DNA of 64,000 nucleotides from Octopus vulgaris (GCA_951406725.2 OX597819.1:91698001-91762000), one strand, 5' to 3'; shown: positions 41,335 through 56,204, counted from the stretch's first letter. Notes: generated by a model not told the origin, from the letters alone. Program-made: numbers and translations.

Positions 41335-41705
41335 TTACTTGTTTCAGTCATTAGACTGTGTCCATGCCGGGGCACCGCCTTGAAGAATCGACCCCTGTGC
41401 ATACATTTTGTTAAGCTTGGTACTTACCCCGTCGGTATCTTTTGCCGAACCGCTAAGCTACAGGGTGTAGAGACACCAACATCGGTTGTCAAGCGGTACA
41501 AGGGGACAAACCCAAACGTAAAGACACACACATACACACACATATACGACGGGTTTCTCTCAGTTTCCATCTACCAATTCCACTCAAGGCTTTGGTTGGC
41601 TCAAGGCTATACTAGAAAACTCTTGCCGAAGGTGCTACGCAATGGGACTGAGCCCGGAGCCATGCGGTTGGGAAGCAAGCTTCTTACCACACAGCCATGC
41701 CTGCA
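41335..41705 (-). mobile_element. SINE family A
   Basis: TTACTTGTTTCAGTCATT tail through to the CTTACCACACAGCCATGCC head (reverse complement). Confidence 0.85.
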
Positions 41706-42399
41706 CCGATAGTAGAAAGAATTTATTTTAGTTTTATATGTTCAAATATCACCGAGATCAACTTTGCTTTTCACCCCTCCGGGTTCGATGAGATATAATA
41801 TCAGTCTAAAACTAGGTTCGATGACACTGACTACTGCCCCTGCCCTCAGCATTTCTGGCCTCGTGCCTATATAAGAAAGTGTTATTTCTGCTTCGTGCTG
41901 TACTGTTCATAGGTATTTGGTCAGTTTCATTAGTAAGTATATCAGCGTCTGTATGAAAGGAGATTGCCAGCCCTTCACTCAACCCCCCTCATTGCTTTTG
42001 AAGAAAGGGGAAAGCTCTATGAGCGGTCCAAGAACTTTGTCACAGTGAAAAGTAACAGATTCAAAGAGACTTGAGAGAAAAGAGAGAGAGGTGGGGTGAG
42101 AGAAAAACAGAGAGAAAGAGAGAGAGAGGGAGAAAGAAAAACAGAGAGTAAGAGAGAGAGATAGAGATTGAGATAGATAGAGAGAAATAGAGAGAAAAAG
42201 AAGAGACAGAGATAGAGATACAAAGATAGATAGATAGAGGGAATGAGAGAGGGGGCTTAGTACCTGGCTAGTTCTTTATTTCTGAACTCCTTAAGTATGA
42301 AATGGGGTCGTAAAAAAGGTACCAGCAAAGTACTGGGGTTAATATAAACTACTATATTCCTTCCTTGCAAATTTGAGGGTTTGTTTCTATTTTACCAAT

Positions 42400-42800
42400 A
42401 TTGGTTACAAATTTTGGCTCGGAACCAACAGACTTTTTTTGAGGAGAGGGGTATAGTCGATTACATCGACTTGACCCCAATTCTTGAATGGTACTTATTT
42501 CATCGGCCTCGAAAGGATGAAAGCAAAGTCGACTTCGGCAGAATTTGAACTCAGAACGTAAAGATGGACGAAATACAGCCAGGCATTTTTGTCCTTGTCC
42601 GGTGCAGTAACGATTCTGCCAGATCGTCACCTTTACGCCTAACGAAATACTGATTTCAAATGTTGGCACAAGGCTAGAAATTTTCAGGCAAGGGGATCGA
42701 CCCTACTGCTCAACTAGTACTTATTTTATCAATCTTGGAAGGATAAAAGATAAAGTCGACCTCGGCGGAATTTGAACTCAGAACATAAAAGCTTAACGAA
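42400..42800 (-). mobile_element. Two SINE family B copies in tandem
   Basis: Two AAAGTCGAC.TCGGC.GAATTTGAACTCAGAAC blocks at about 42525 and 42752. Confidence 0.75.
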
Positions 42801-43036
42801 ATATCTTAATTTTTTTTTTATAAGAGAGCGTCCCGCCTGATAATGAATCATGTCTCATGTTGCCCGCTACACGAAAATGGTTGCTCATGACTAGTGTGCT
42901 TATTTGCTGTTTCCACCAATGTGATAAAATAATATAAAAATAAATGACAACATATTAGAATAAATAATATGACGGTTTGTTGGTTTAAGTTTTAATGTTT
43001 AACCGTATAGGTAGAGAAAGTGATAAGGATAACTAG

Positions 43037-43112
<76 letters not shown>

Positions 43113-44088
43113 GTCTGTCTCTCTCTTCCTCTCCTTGTCTACCTTCCTCTCTTTATCTGTCTCAACATCTCTTTATCTATTCTACTTCATCTATCTATAC
43201 AGTTAAGCATTAAAATCTAAGCGAACAACAAAGCATCTTACTGTCTGTTATGTTATTTCACTATCTTCTCATTTTGTTATATCATTTTAACACAGCTGTT
43301 AACTACATGTAATTTCACTAACTTAATAGCCACAGTGCATACACATTGCTTGGTGTACACCAACGCATTCATTCCTTATTTAAGACTGCCGTAGGGTGTA
43401 ATCCGAGACAGATTTGGTCACTATTTCTAGCAGATCAAGCGACCACATATTAATCTACTTGTTGGCGCGTCGTTATAACGTTACTATTTATAGTAGTCAT
43501 ATCTCAGGACAAAACGTTACTTGCCATTGGCTAACTGGTAAAAGGATGAATAATCTTAAGGAAATGTTACTTAAAAATGTAACAACCGTCTCAGACATAT
43601 TCGGTGTTATTGATTCACAGAGTAATGAACGATACCACCATTCGATACTCGTCTTGGGGGTTTGATGATGGGTGCAAAACAGTGCTAGTGGTTAAGGTTT
43701 GGAGGTGATTTTCTTGGTTTTGCCAAATAATTTCCCTAAATTTCCCGCAAATTCTTGAAATGTTCGTATTAAAAAAACTCACAACATATAACAAATTCAT
43801 CTTCTTTGAGTTCATTTTTTTCCTTCATTGATATACAATTTAGTCTCCTCCAATATTTTCTTACAATTTTTCAAACAGTCGCCATTCCGTATATGTGCTT
43901 TTTAAAGACTTTATTTTTCATATAATAGAGCAATTAGCGTTTCTGTACTAGCTGAGATCGAACCTTTGCATACATGTTGTTTATCAAGAAAAACAACTGA
44001 AGAGTGAGGTAATGGCAGTAAATTTATTAATTTCGCTGTAATTAACGAGAGAACTTTAAATATTACAAATATTTCTTTGATTCTGAAG

Positions 44089-44496
44089 GTAGCGAGCTGG
44101 CAGAATCGTTACTGCGCAGGGCAAGATGTTTAGCGGCAGTCCATCCATCTTTATGTTCTGAGTTCAAATGCCACAGAGGTCGACTTATTCTTTCTTACTT
44201 TTCGGATCGATAAAATAGGTACTAGTTGAGCACTTACCCACCCCTCCGAAATTTCTGGCCTAGTGCTAAAATTTGAAACCAGTATTTCTCTGATTCGGAG
44301 GTTGCGAGCTGGCAGAATTGTTTGCATGCCGGACGAAATTATGAGCGGTATTTTGTCCGTCTTTACATTCTGGGTTCAGATTCCGTTGAGGTCGACTATA
44401 TCTTTCATCCTTTCGTATCAGTAGAACACTGGGGTGGAACGTAGTCGACTTGGCCCGTTCCCCGAAATTACTGGCGTTGTGCCAAAATTTGAAATC
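44089..44496 (+). mobile_element. SINE family B head-to-tail dimer
   Basis: Two GCGAGCTGGCAGAAT units, each bounded by an A(A/G)TATTTCT(T/C)TGATTC target-like sequence. Confidence 0.85.
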
Positions 44497-45282
44497 AATA
44501 TTTCTCTGATTCTGAAATTTTATTCTCGTGTCAAGTTACTAGCCCAGATTCCATTCTGGTGTCTTAACATTCTTTTTATCTCAAGAGAAATTTCATGGCC
44601 AGTGGATTAATTGAAGATGGATGTCTTTGAGGCGCATTTTCTGGATTTGGGTCTTCAAATAATTATAAATTAGCGAACATACTACAGAATGCAAAACGTT
44701 TACACATTGCTTTAACATAACAATTCAGTGCCTTAAACTGATATTCTTAATGTTCTTTAGTTTAGATTTTTAAAGAATATTCTAAAAAGATACTTTTAGT
44801 TCTTATTCCATGATATATTTCACTTGAGGTGAAATGAAGAAATACTGATGTTAATCTTGTAAATTTTAGTATTTCTATTTTAATCAAATTAACCAGACTA
44901 CCTTTTATGCTACTGTTAATGGAGTTACGTAACCTATAAATTATGAATCTCTCAGCTTGAAATTCCAAATCTATTTTATTTACGTATGGTTGAATAAAAG
45001 TTGCAAATGTAGATTTTTATAATTGGCTTCTGTTAACCTTCTAGTATTGTAGATACCAGAAGATTTACTGCAAGTTTCTAGTGTTGTAGCTATTAAAGTC
45101 ATTTTATATAATTTCACTGAAGCAAAAATAAGGCGAAATGCTTGCTCTTGATTTAGTAATTTTTCACCCACTCACTGAAGTGTTAACTATTGAGTATTAC
45201 TATCATAAAACCTTTTTCCGACAAGTTCCGATAACTTCCTCAAATCCTGCTTACTCAAATAATCTATTTCAATTGTTCGATA

Positions 45283-45502
45283 AATATAGATTTAAAACTT
45301 TGGTAAAAGGCCAGCAATTTTAGGGGATGGAGTAAGTCGATTAGATCAACTCCAGTGTTCATCTGGTGCTTATTTTATCGACTCAGAAAGGCTGAGAGGC
45401 AAAGTCAGCTTCGGCAGAATTTGAACTCAGAACAGGAAGCCGGACGAAATGACGCTCAGCATTTTGCCCGACTCTGCTAACGATTCTGCCAAGCCGCCGC
45501 CT
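45283..45502 (-). mobile_element. SINE family B
   Basis: GGCAAAGTCAGCTTCGGCAGAATTTGAACTCAGAAC...CGATTCTGCCAAGCCGCCGCC. Confidence 0.8.
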
Positions 45503-46879
45503 TTGAGGTTTAATTAACAAATATAAATAAACCATTCTAGTTAGCTCTTTTAATGAAGTTGGAAGTTCAAAACATGCATAGGATGCACGTAAAACAACGT
45601 TGTATAAATAGATATCGTACTTCGGAAGACTTTGAACACTACTTTTTGAACTCAACATTACGCTTGCATTTTCACTTGGACAGCCTATCGTACTTTTAAA
45701 TAGGTTGTCATTTTAGCAGAAAAAAAAAATACTATAGAATTGTAAATGCCTTGAGCTGTAAAATAATTGACTTTCCAAGAGTTAAAGCTTTGTTAACAGT
45801 TTTTTCTTCAATATGGCTACCATATTATCTAACTGTTAGAACGAGTTGTTTTTGGATGCATATTTGCACTTTCATCAATATTGAATGGAAATCTAATATT
45901 CTGTATATTCTTATATTCTTTACGTGTGTTATAAGAATTTCCAAGTGTTCCTCTCCAATTATATAACGAAAAATAACCGCTCCTTTTGTACAGCCACTTT
46001 TTGATTTCTCCAGCAATTTCTGATTCATAGCATGCATTAGGTAGAAACAATGAAAGATGATTTAAATTGAAATATTGCAAAAAGGAGCTCGGGCTTTTCC
46101 ACAAACGCATTCATTTTCGGTTCAGTGAAAGCCGCATAGGATATTTCATATAAAGTAGACGGCTGCAAGGAATCAAATACTTTAGAGGTCTGAGCACTTA
46201 TTTAATATCTTTTAAAGTATTCCTCACTGTCGATAGTAACACTCCTAGATAAGTCACAACGGCATATTTTACAACAACGTCTTATTCACGTTTTTCAAAC
46301 CTCGTCTAAAACATCTAAACTAAGAATTAAATTACTTTTTACGCAATTACGTTTCTGTTCGTAGCAAGATTCATGCAGGCCTACTTTCTAACATTATTGT
46401 TATCGTTCCTTTACTCAATCATTATATTAAGGTAAATATAAATTGTATTATAAATTATAAATTATATTATACTATGAATTAAATAAAATTATGACAATTA
46501 AACAAAGCACGAATGGAAAATGAATACTGACACTTAAGTGTGACAACTTAAGAAATCATGGCATCGAATCAATATCATTTGAAACTAGTTTAGGCTTGCG
46601 CACTTAACTCTTATAAAACGCATTCAAACATTAAAATTGAAACACATTCTTATAAAACTTTGCAACAAAGTAAAATTTCATGTAATGAAGACGATAAAAC
46701 TGAAAATATTTTATTGAGCATGTAGCACGTAAATTAAAACAATTTAATACATTTCACAGAAGCTTTAGTAATTTTACTATGAAGCCAAATATACTTAACT
46801 TCGACAACCCTGTCGTTCTTGTGGTTGGCCTTCCGAAGTCTTCACGTAAATACTCGTGTGTCCATCCATCCATCCATCC

Positions 46880-46987
<108 letters not shown>

Positions 46988-47585
46988 GTCTAAATCAGTG
47001 ATACCGAACGATTTTAGTCAGGATTATTGAAATTTAAATATTTTTAATAACCCTGTTATGGGAATGCCACTTCACATGCATTTTGGTCTTAGGTGCTAGC
47101 ATATACTTAAGCGGCCTATTTTCCTAAATATATTTATAAAACTACTACATAAATTCTATGAAACTTGAAATTTCAAAATTTAATTATGAAAGATGGATAA
47201 GGAAATTTTAAAAGTTTACCTTAACCTTCCTTAATGGCATTTTTATTGCTGAGTTCCAGAAGACGCTTGTTTTCTGGGAAGGAAATAACCTGTTTATCTT
47301 AATGCTCCGTAGGCAGCACCCAATTAATCGTTCATTCTGTTTCTTTTTTTCGTATGTGTTTTTTTTCCTATGCTGTTTATTTTCGAGAACAATCTTTCAC
47401 ATGAATACGTTGATGAGAAAATGATTAGGAATGCTTTCGCTAGAATTTTAAGAGCACGAAATGTTCGGAAACGGGAATAGGAATGCGATTCCACATTCAC
47501 AGAAGTTCAAAGTTTTAATGTTTATTCATGAACATTTCTACGCGTTCACACTCAATGTTGTCTAAAACAGTTCTTTCATAAATTT

Positions 47586-47627
<42 letters not shown>

Positions 47628-48141
47628 GATTGACTTTCGCACAGTTTCCGTTTACCAAACTTACAAGGTAGTAGTCGGCCCGGGGCTGTATCAAAAGACA
47701 CTTGTCTAAGGTGTTGTATCGTGGGACTGAACCCGAAACCATATGTTTGCAGAGCGAGCTTCTTAACCATACAGCCATATCTGCGTCTAGTTTCTTAAGA
47801 ACTCAAAAGATTTCTTCCCCCTTGAAACGTTCTTGAAGATCTTACATTCTAAATCATGTTGAAATATGCTGAGTTTATGAGTTTGTTCTGAAAACACTTG
47901 ATGAAGCCAAACGCCACGACAGGAGGCTTCCCCAAATCTTTCACTTGAATATTAAGTTTGCCATAAAACAATAAAAAGCCTGTGATAAACATTAATTTAC
48001 TGAGCCAAGTAAACTGATTCATTCGAAGAACATTATGCTCTATTCTTTTCATATCTAAAAATTATCTGATTTCGTTTATAAACACCCAATAAAACGTTCA
48101 GGCATTTGGCCACGACTCAAGGATCTTACTTTAGTTGTCAC

Positions 48142-48300
48142 GTGGCTGCGTGGTAAGAAGCTTGATTCCCAACCACATGGTTCCGTGTTCAGTGCCCTCA
48201 GTGGCGCCTTGTGCAAATGTCTTCTACTATAGCCTCGGGCCGACCAAAGCCTTGTGAGTGGATTTGGTAGACGGAAACTGAAAGAAGCCCGTCGTATATA

Positions 48301-48333
<33 letters not shown>

Positions 48334-48562
48334 GCGAGTGTCTTTGTGTTTGTGTTTGTCCCTCCGCCATCGCTTGACAACCGATGTTGGTATGTTTATG
48401 TCCCCGTAACATAGCGGTTCGGCAAAAGCAACTGATAGAATAAGTATTAGAATTACAAAGAATAAATCCTGGGGCCGATTTCTTTGACTAAAACTCTTTA
48501 AGGCGGTGCTCCAGTATGGCCGCAGTCAAATTACTGAAACGTGTTAAAGAATAAAAGAATAG
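48142..48562 (+). mobile_element. SINE family A, full length
   Basis: GTGGCTGCGTGGTAAGAAG head, internal (TA)n, AAAGAATAAAAGAAT tail. Confidence 0.88.
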
Positions 48563-48912
48563 TAAGCTAAGGTTTTAAATATTTAATGAAGAAATCTTTT
48601 TGTTGAGAACCAAAGTGAAATCACTGCGAATAATGATGTTTATGTATTGTCGGGAATACCTCTGAACAGATTGGCACACATGAATTTAATGGGTGTGGAT
48701 ACACATACAGCAATCGAAGTGTAGAAATATGTATACACACACATACACTCCTACATTAAAAACATATGCACTTGCACACACGCATGCATATACACATGTA
48801 TGTCCCGAGGAATGAAATATCTCACGGGCAGGCAAATATATTTAGGCGTACGCATTCATAGTTAAGCTCATTTAGGCACACTGCTAAATATGTACACACA
48901 AACACACACAAG

Positions 48913-48950
<38 letters not shown>

Positions 48951-49048
48951 AATACACACTCACACAGATACACACGCGCATATATAAACAGATAGTAGTG
49001 CAAACACATACACCTGGATTTAAGTTTGTCTAGTTCTACACATATATA

Positions 49049-49970
49049 CGAGGAGGTACCCAAAAGTAACTGGAAAGGTTCTCTGTGGGACAAGCTCTTT
49101 GTAGCTCAGGCTTCCGCTGCTAGAAGCCACTTGATGCGACCCTCAGGTATCAGTTTGCCGACTGGCGTTGTCAAGTGAAGTCGTACTGTCACGTAGTGAG
49201 TCTGTCAAGTGCTTCCGTGATATTCGCTTTCCTGCGGCGGAAAAACGGCGGGCCAAACAGTTGTCATGATTCAAACAGCTTACAGGGACGCTGCCACGAG
49301 CAAAACACAGGTTTACGAGTGGTTTTCATGCTTTAGGAATGGTCACTTGTTGCTTGAAGACCAATCTCACTCAGGGCAACCGTCGAACTCCCGAACGAAT
49401 GAAAACATTAAGAAAATTCATGAACTGATCTTGGAAGACCTTCGCCGAACAACTGACGAACTTATTGATATGACTGGTGTGTCCTGGAGCTTCTGCCAAC
49501 GAATTTTGAGCGAAAAATTGCAAACGAAAAGAATTGCAGCAAAATCTGTGCTTCACTTGCTCACGGAAGATCAAAAGCAGTCACGACTGAATGCGTGTCG
49601 TAAACTGAATGAACAGCTGGAAGTTGATCCGGACCCTTTTCTGAAGGTCATCACTGGTGACGAAAGCTGGTGCTATGGAACTTGCAGAAGTGGAAGAGGT
49701 GAATAACCACAGAGGTGTTAAAAGCCATATTAGCTGTCTCGATTTTTTTCACCGAGCTTCCTTGTTCACAGTCGCAGACAGCTTCGTACCAAGTACAAAT
49801 ATTGATTGTTCCAAGAGTTCCAGCACTGCTTCGAACAGTGGAAAACGCGTCTGGACTGATGCCTTGCTTCAAATAGAGAATGCTTTGAAGGCGATAAAAG
49901 TGTAAACATGTAAAACTAAGGGAATAAAATAATATTGCAAAATTCCGGTTTCTTTTGGGTACCCCCTTCG
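49049..49970 (+). mobile_element. Internally deleted mariner transposon with both TIRs and TA TSD
   Basis: TA|CGAGGAGGTACCCAAAAG ... CTTTTGGGTACCCCCTTCG|TA. ORF 49266- encodes the HTH region (SKTQVYEWF), a KSVLHLL (WVPHEL-like) motif and ITGDESW. C-terminal FQHCFEQWKTR..FEGD at 49812-49900. Confidence 0.92.
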
Positions 49971-50401
49971 TACACGTATATGCAATCTGCATACGGTGAA
50001 TATGCTGTGAGACCCATGCATTTTCGTATTTGTACAGGTGCGACCTCCACATGTCTACTTCTTTTAAGTGTACAGGAACTTATAACTAGAGTTACGTACA
50101 GGTGTGTGTATCTGTGTGTATTTATGTGCGTGTGTGTGAGTGTGTGTGTGTGTGCATATGCGTGTGTGTCTATGTGTGCATGTGTGTGTTGTTTATGTGT
50201 GTGTGTTTGTGCACGTGTGTGCGTGTGTATGTGTGTGTGCATGTGTGCGCGTGTATGTGTGTGTGTATGTGCGTGTGTGTGTATGTGTATACATGTGTGT
50301 ATATGTGCGTGTGTATGTGCGTATGTATGTGCATGTGTGTGCGTGTATGTGTGCGCGTGTGCCTACGTGTGTGTATGTGTGAGCGTGTGCGTACGTTTGT
50401 A

Positions 50402-50443
<42 letters not shown>

Positions 50444-50777
50444 TGTGTGTCTGTGTGTCTAGGCGTAGGTTGTTTTTGTTTTATTAATTGCGGCAATCAA
50501 GTCATTTGCTACAGTAACTAAAAATCAACTTCCTACTGAATGCTCATTCAAAAAATGACCAGTGGAATTTCATAAATGGATTTTCGCATTTTTGCTCTTA
50601 GATAGAACTCATGTTAAATGTATCTAATTTTAGTGGTGTTCCATCTGGCTTTTGTAATTTTTATCATGAACAATCAATATTTGTACTTGGTACGAAGCTG
50701 TCTGCGACTGTGAACAAGGAAGCTCGGTGAAAAAAATCGAGACAGCTAATATGGCTTTCGGTAAGACAGAAACTGCA

Positions 50778-51009
50778 GTGAGCTGGCAGAAATGTTAGCA
50801 CGCCGGGCGAAATGCTTAGCGATATTTCGTCTGCCGTTACTTTCTGAGTTCAAATTCCGCCGCGGTCGACTTTGCTTTTCATCCTTTCAGGGTCGATAAA
50901 TAAAGTACCAGTTACGCTCTGGGGTCGATATAATTTACTTAATCCGTTTGTCTGTCCTTGTTTGTCCCCCCTCTGTGTTTAGCCCCTTGTGGGTAGTAAA
51001 GAAATAAGA
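50778..51009 (+). mobile_element. SINE family B, young monomer with TSD
   Basis: Near-consensus sequence flanked by AGAAACTGCAGTG / AGAAACTCCAGTG. Confidence 0.9.
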
Positions 51010-51130
51010 AACTCCAGTGGGGTCACAAAGAAATATTCACATAAAGCGTTCTGTTGAATGTTTATGAAGCTTATGTGACTGTAGTCCTTCTTTATGCATT
51101 AAAAACATGGGCTACCCATCAAATCAGAAT

Positions 51131-51765
<635 letters not shown>

Positions 51766-52045
51766 TACTCCCACCATCAATCAAATGTGAGACTGCTTGA
51801 ATATTTTCATTAGATTGTCTGAGACGTTTATTAGGGATATCACGGAAGAGGACTATTACTCGTGATATGCAAGTACTTAGAAAGTCCAAAAGTTTTGAAC
51901 ATTAAGAGATTTATAATAAAAATGTAGATTGACATGTGCTGTTCATATGTCACAACTAGAAGGCTGCCGGCTCTCTAAATCTTTCTAAAGAGAGCTGATG
52001 GACCATAAATGATTGCAACACAAACTGCCAAGGTGATATAAATAT

Positions 52046-52236
52046 TCCTTTCTAATCTAAGCACAAGACCCGAAATTTTTGGTGAGGGACCAGTCGATTA
52101 TATCGATCCAGTACGCAACTGGTACTTAATTTATCGACTCCGAAAGGATGAAAGGCAAAGTCGACTCCGGCGGAATTCGAACGTAAAGACAGACGAAATA
52201 CCGCTTAGCGTGCTAACGTTTCTGTCAGCTCGCCAC
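52046..52236 (-). mobile_element. SINE family B
   Basis: GAAAGGATGAAAGGCAAAGTCGAC...GCTAACGTTTCTGTCAGCTCGCC. Confidence 0.85.
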
Positions 52237-52270
52237 CTAGGAGATATAAATATTGTTTGAAGACTGATCT

Positions 52271-52341
<71 letters not shown>

Positions 52342-52464
52342 AAACATCCGACACCAGGTAGGCTTCTGGTCTGTTAGTCCAGAAGTTCCCATCTTTTGGT
52401 TTACTAAGAAAGGTCTACCATCCACCGCCAGCTTGTCAGGCTTGTTGCGACTTCCCTATATTAC

Positions 52465-52607
52465 TCGTTTTTGAAGCTGAGTGGACTAAAACGATGTGAA
52501 ATTAAGTGTTTTGCTTAAGCACACAACGCACCGCCCGGTCAAGGAATCGAAATCACAATCTTACGATCATGAGTGTAACATCCTAACCACTAAGTCACAT
52601 GCCTCCA
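52465..52607 (-). mobile_element. SINE family C head
   Basis: Reverse complement GGAGGCATGTGACTTAGTGGTTAGG...GATTTCGATTCC. Confidence 0.7.
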
Positions 52608-52954
52608 CATCTAAGGGAGATAGAAACTGAAAATAGATGATAGGAAGGGTATTTAGCTGTAAAACCACACATCAAAATAATAAAAAAAAAGGAAGGAAGA
52701 AACAGAGGAAAAGTAGAAAGGTCTCTTTAGGGCTCGTTCAAATAAACTTTCCAGTACCACCAGGTGGTACTCTAAAACGTAACTAGTGTAAGCCACAACG
52801 TGGTTGGTGATGAGGACAATAGCCAGCTGTGAAAAAAAAAAAAAAAAACTTGCTACGATTACGTTCCAGCAACGCTGTCTCCTTTCTCCGATACAATGCA
52901 CTCAAGACCATTTTATCGCTCGTGTTACTTATTTTTTTAAGACGATAGGATGTA

Positions 52955-53398
52955 CCGTAAATCCTCGAATATAATCCGCATTTTCCCACCAAAATTTAAA
53001 GGTCACAATCCCTAGTGTGTACTATATACGAGGTTAAAAATGAATATTATTTTCTAAAGAGAATACCTATGCTGAACTATTGAGAAATCTACAGTTACTC
53101 TATCCAGATTACAAGTTCATGTTTATAGCTGTAATTATTGAGGCCCTGGGATATGTAACACACTGCCTAAATACCAGTCTTGAAAAATTAGGCTTCTCAA
53201 AATCAGGAAGGAGAAAGCTAATTCCAATCCAATCACTGGAATTGTAAAAATCTGTAAAACTTTCCAGAAGGTTATCATTTAAATATATATGAGCATGTCT
53301 AGATATGCAACTATATGCATGAGAATATATACATAAAACATACAAATCTCCACATACATACACACATACCTACATACATACATGCATACATACATACA

Positions 53399-53429
<31 letters not shown>

Positions 53430-53877
53430 GTACGTACATACATACATATATACAAAAGTGCCCAGTCCGAGTCTCTATTTGCTGTCCGGCAATGTTTATT
53501 CAGACGCATTTTGTAATATCGGGCAGGAAAATACCTTAAGCTAACCCTGAAAGCAACGAAGTCATAAAAGAATCATCCATAACTTGCAGTAAGCAACATT
53601 TATTAAACGTTATTACTGTTATTACTGTTATTTCTTTATTTTCTGCAAACAAAATGCTCAAAAAAGCTACACGTTTGCATGATGTTATATGTACAATGAT
53701 AATAAAGGACTTTACTGTATACATTTTTACAAACCAAGGACGTTATATAGGCCTCCTTGACTTAAGTTAGAGAAGGGGTGCGTATTATACACAAGGTTTA
53801 GGTTTTTCAGAGGTACATGCCCCTAAAAATCCCCCGCGTATTATACTCAAGGGCGGACTATAATAGAGGATTTACGG
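52955..53877. mobile_element. Non-autonomous Tc2/pogo-group DNA transposon (CCGTA termini, TA TSD)
   Basis: TA|CCGTAAATCCTCGAATATAATCCGC ... GCGGACTATAATAGAGGATTTACGG|TA, with subterminal GCGTATTATAC repeats. Confidence 0.85.
53056..53463 (+). mobile_element. R4/Dong-type LINE fragment lying inside the Tc2-like element
   Basis: Near-identical inverted copy of 57059-57429 (ENTYAELLRNLQLLYPDYKF...), truncated at both ends. Confidence 0.85.
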
Positions 53878-54010
53878 TATTTTGAGGGAGACTGTCCCTC
53901 AATTTTTTTTCTCCATCACCTTCCCCTCCTCCTCCTCCTACCACCACCGCTGCCACCTCCACCACCACCGCTATCATCATCATCATCATCATCATCATCA
54001 GCATCAGCGG

Positions 54011-54057
<47 letters not shown>

Positions 54058-54551
54058 ACATCCGCACTAGCAGCACTAGCGCCAGGAAACCTAAACCAGT
54101 AGCAGCAGCTCCTCCTCCACCACCACCACCAACCACCACCACCACCACCAACCATCACCATCATCATCGTCGTTATCATCATCATCATATTACTATCACA
54201 ACCATCATCATCCTCATCCTCATCGTCAACATTGGCATCTCTAAAGAAGACATCAAAACTGGTAAGAGAATAATTAAATAACAGGATCTCCATTCGTTCT
54301 TTCGCAGAAATGTCTGAAGCCCAACCAACCGTGGAGTACCATTGCTTTGTTAACAAACGATTGCATGCTTATGATCGCACGCATTCACACACACACACAC
54401 ACACACTGATAGACACTAAATACATGTGTGTGGATATGTGTGGATGTGTTAGTTGTTTGTGAGCGTTTTATGTAAAACCAAACTTATCTGCGAAACTAAC
54501 TGAAAGAGCACTCAATCTATCAGTCACTCTGTATCTGTCCCACCTCTCTCT

Positions 54552-54662
<111 letters not shown>

Positions 54663-54667
54663 GAACA

Positions 54668-55290
<623 letters not shown>

Positions 55291-55371
55291 ATGAGTATAC
55301 ATACATTCACGCTCGTGCGCATACAAACACACACACACACGCACACATACACACAAACACGTGCACACTCA

Positions 55372-55407
<36 letters not shown>

Positions 55408-55459
55408 TATATTAATCCCGAACATGTTATTTTAAAGATATAAAGTAGTGCCATTGTAT

Positions 55460-56204
55460 TTTGTATACCTTTGGTTTTGTTATCAGTTCCTAGGATAACA
55501 GAACCTCTTCAAGCATTTCACAGTTTTTTGGACCATTTAAATTATTCTCAACAAAATTATTACTTGAGCATCACCCAAGCTGTGCTCCACCTATAAAATA
55601 ACTCCCAACTCATCATCATGTTTAGCTGTTCCTTGCAAACAATCAAGCTCCAATTTTCAGTCTTGCTGCATCACAAATACAATAATGCCTCACTTTACGA
55701 GGATCCGCTTTATGAAACCCCGGGTTTACGAGTTTTGTTTTTCTAGCACAAGATCCAAATTTTGAACGAAGTGCAAAAGTTTCTGCTACCATAACAAATG
55801 TTACCGAGAAACTTATAGAGAGTGAAAAAAAACTTCTTCTAAGCAAACAACTCTAGACTTTTTTTTTTTTAAAGAAATCTACAAGTCCTTCTACAGGTGC
55901 TTGTGAATAGACGATCGCGTCTACAAGTGATGGTGTGCGCGAGTCTAGTGCGAATGAAAGTGATTTACAAAACGTTTATAATAATATCATTTTGACATTC
56001 TTTTTACTTTACATAAAATATTCTTTACTGTTATTTCATTGCCATTTATTAACGAGTATTAAATTTTATAGATAAAAAATATTTTTTCTGGGAACAAATT
56101 ACGATTTATAACATTGCTACTATGGGAAATTATTGCTCTGTTTTACAAGTTTTCGTTTTACGAGCACTCTCCGGAAACAAATTAACTCGTATATCGAGGC
56201 ATTG

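Larger units (their letters stand above)
43790..46260 (-). pseudogene. Heavily decayed hAT-superfamily transposase, interrupted by SINE B insertions
   Basis: Collinear minus-strand motifs: GCTKGAVIFRYIIGE...IDESA..KQLVLTVR (FSILIDESTD region), ASYACFELPTSLKELTRMVY, LTLQ*VGEKLLNQ (RWLSL region), NKIDLEFQAE, LPLPHSS (dimerization domain). Confidence 0.72.

Noticed and set aside
43680-46811. Possible TIRs for the hAT fossil (CAGTGCT at 43680, CAACCCTG at 46804-46811)
   Set aside because: The match is too short and there is no 8-bp TSD, so element ends were not assigned.
49266-49706. Functional or domesticated (SETMAR-like) transposase gene
   Set aside because: Lacks the N-terminus and the last two catalytic Asp residues, has no SET domain, and sits between ordinary TIRs.
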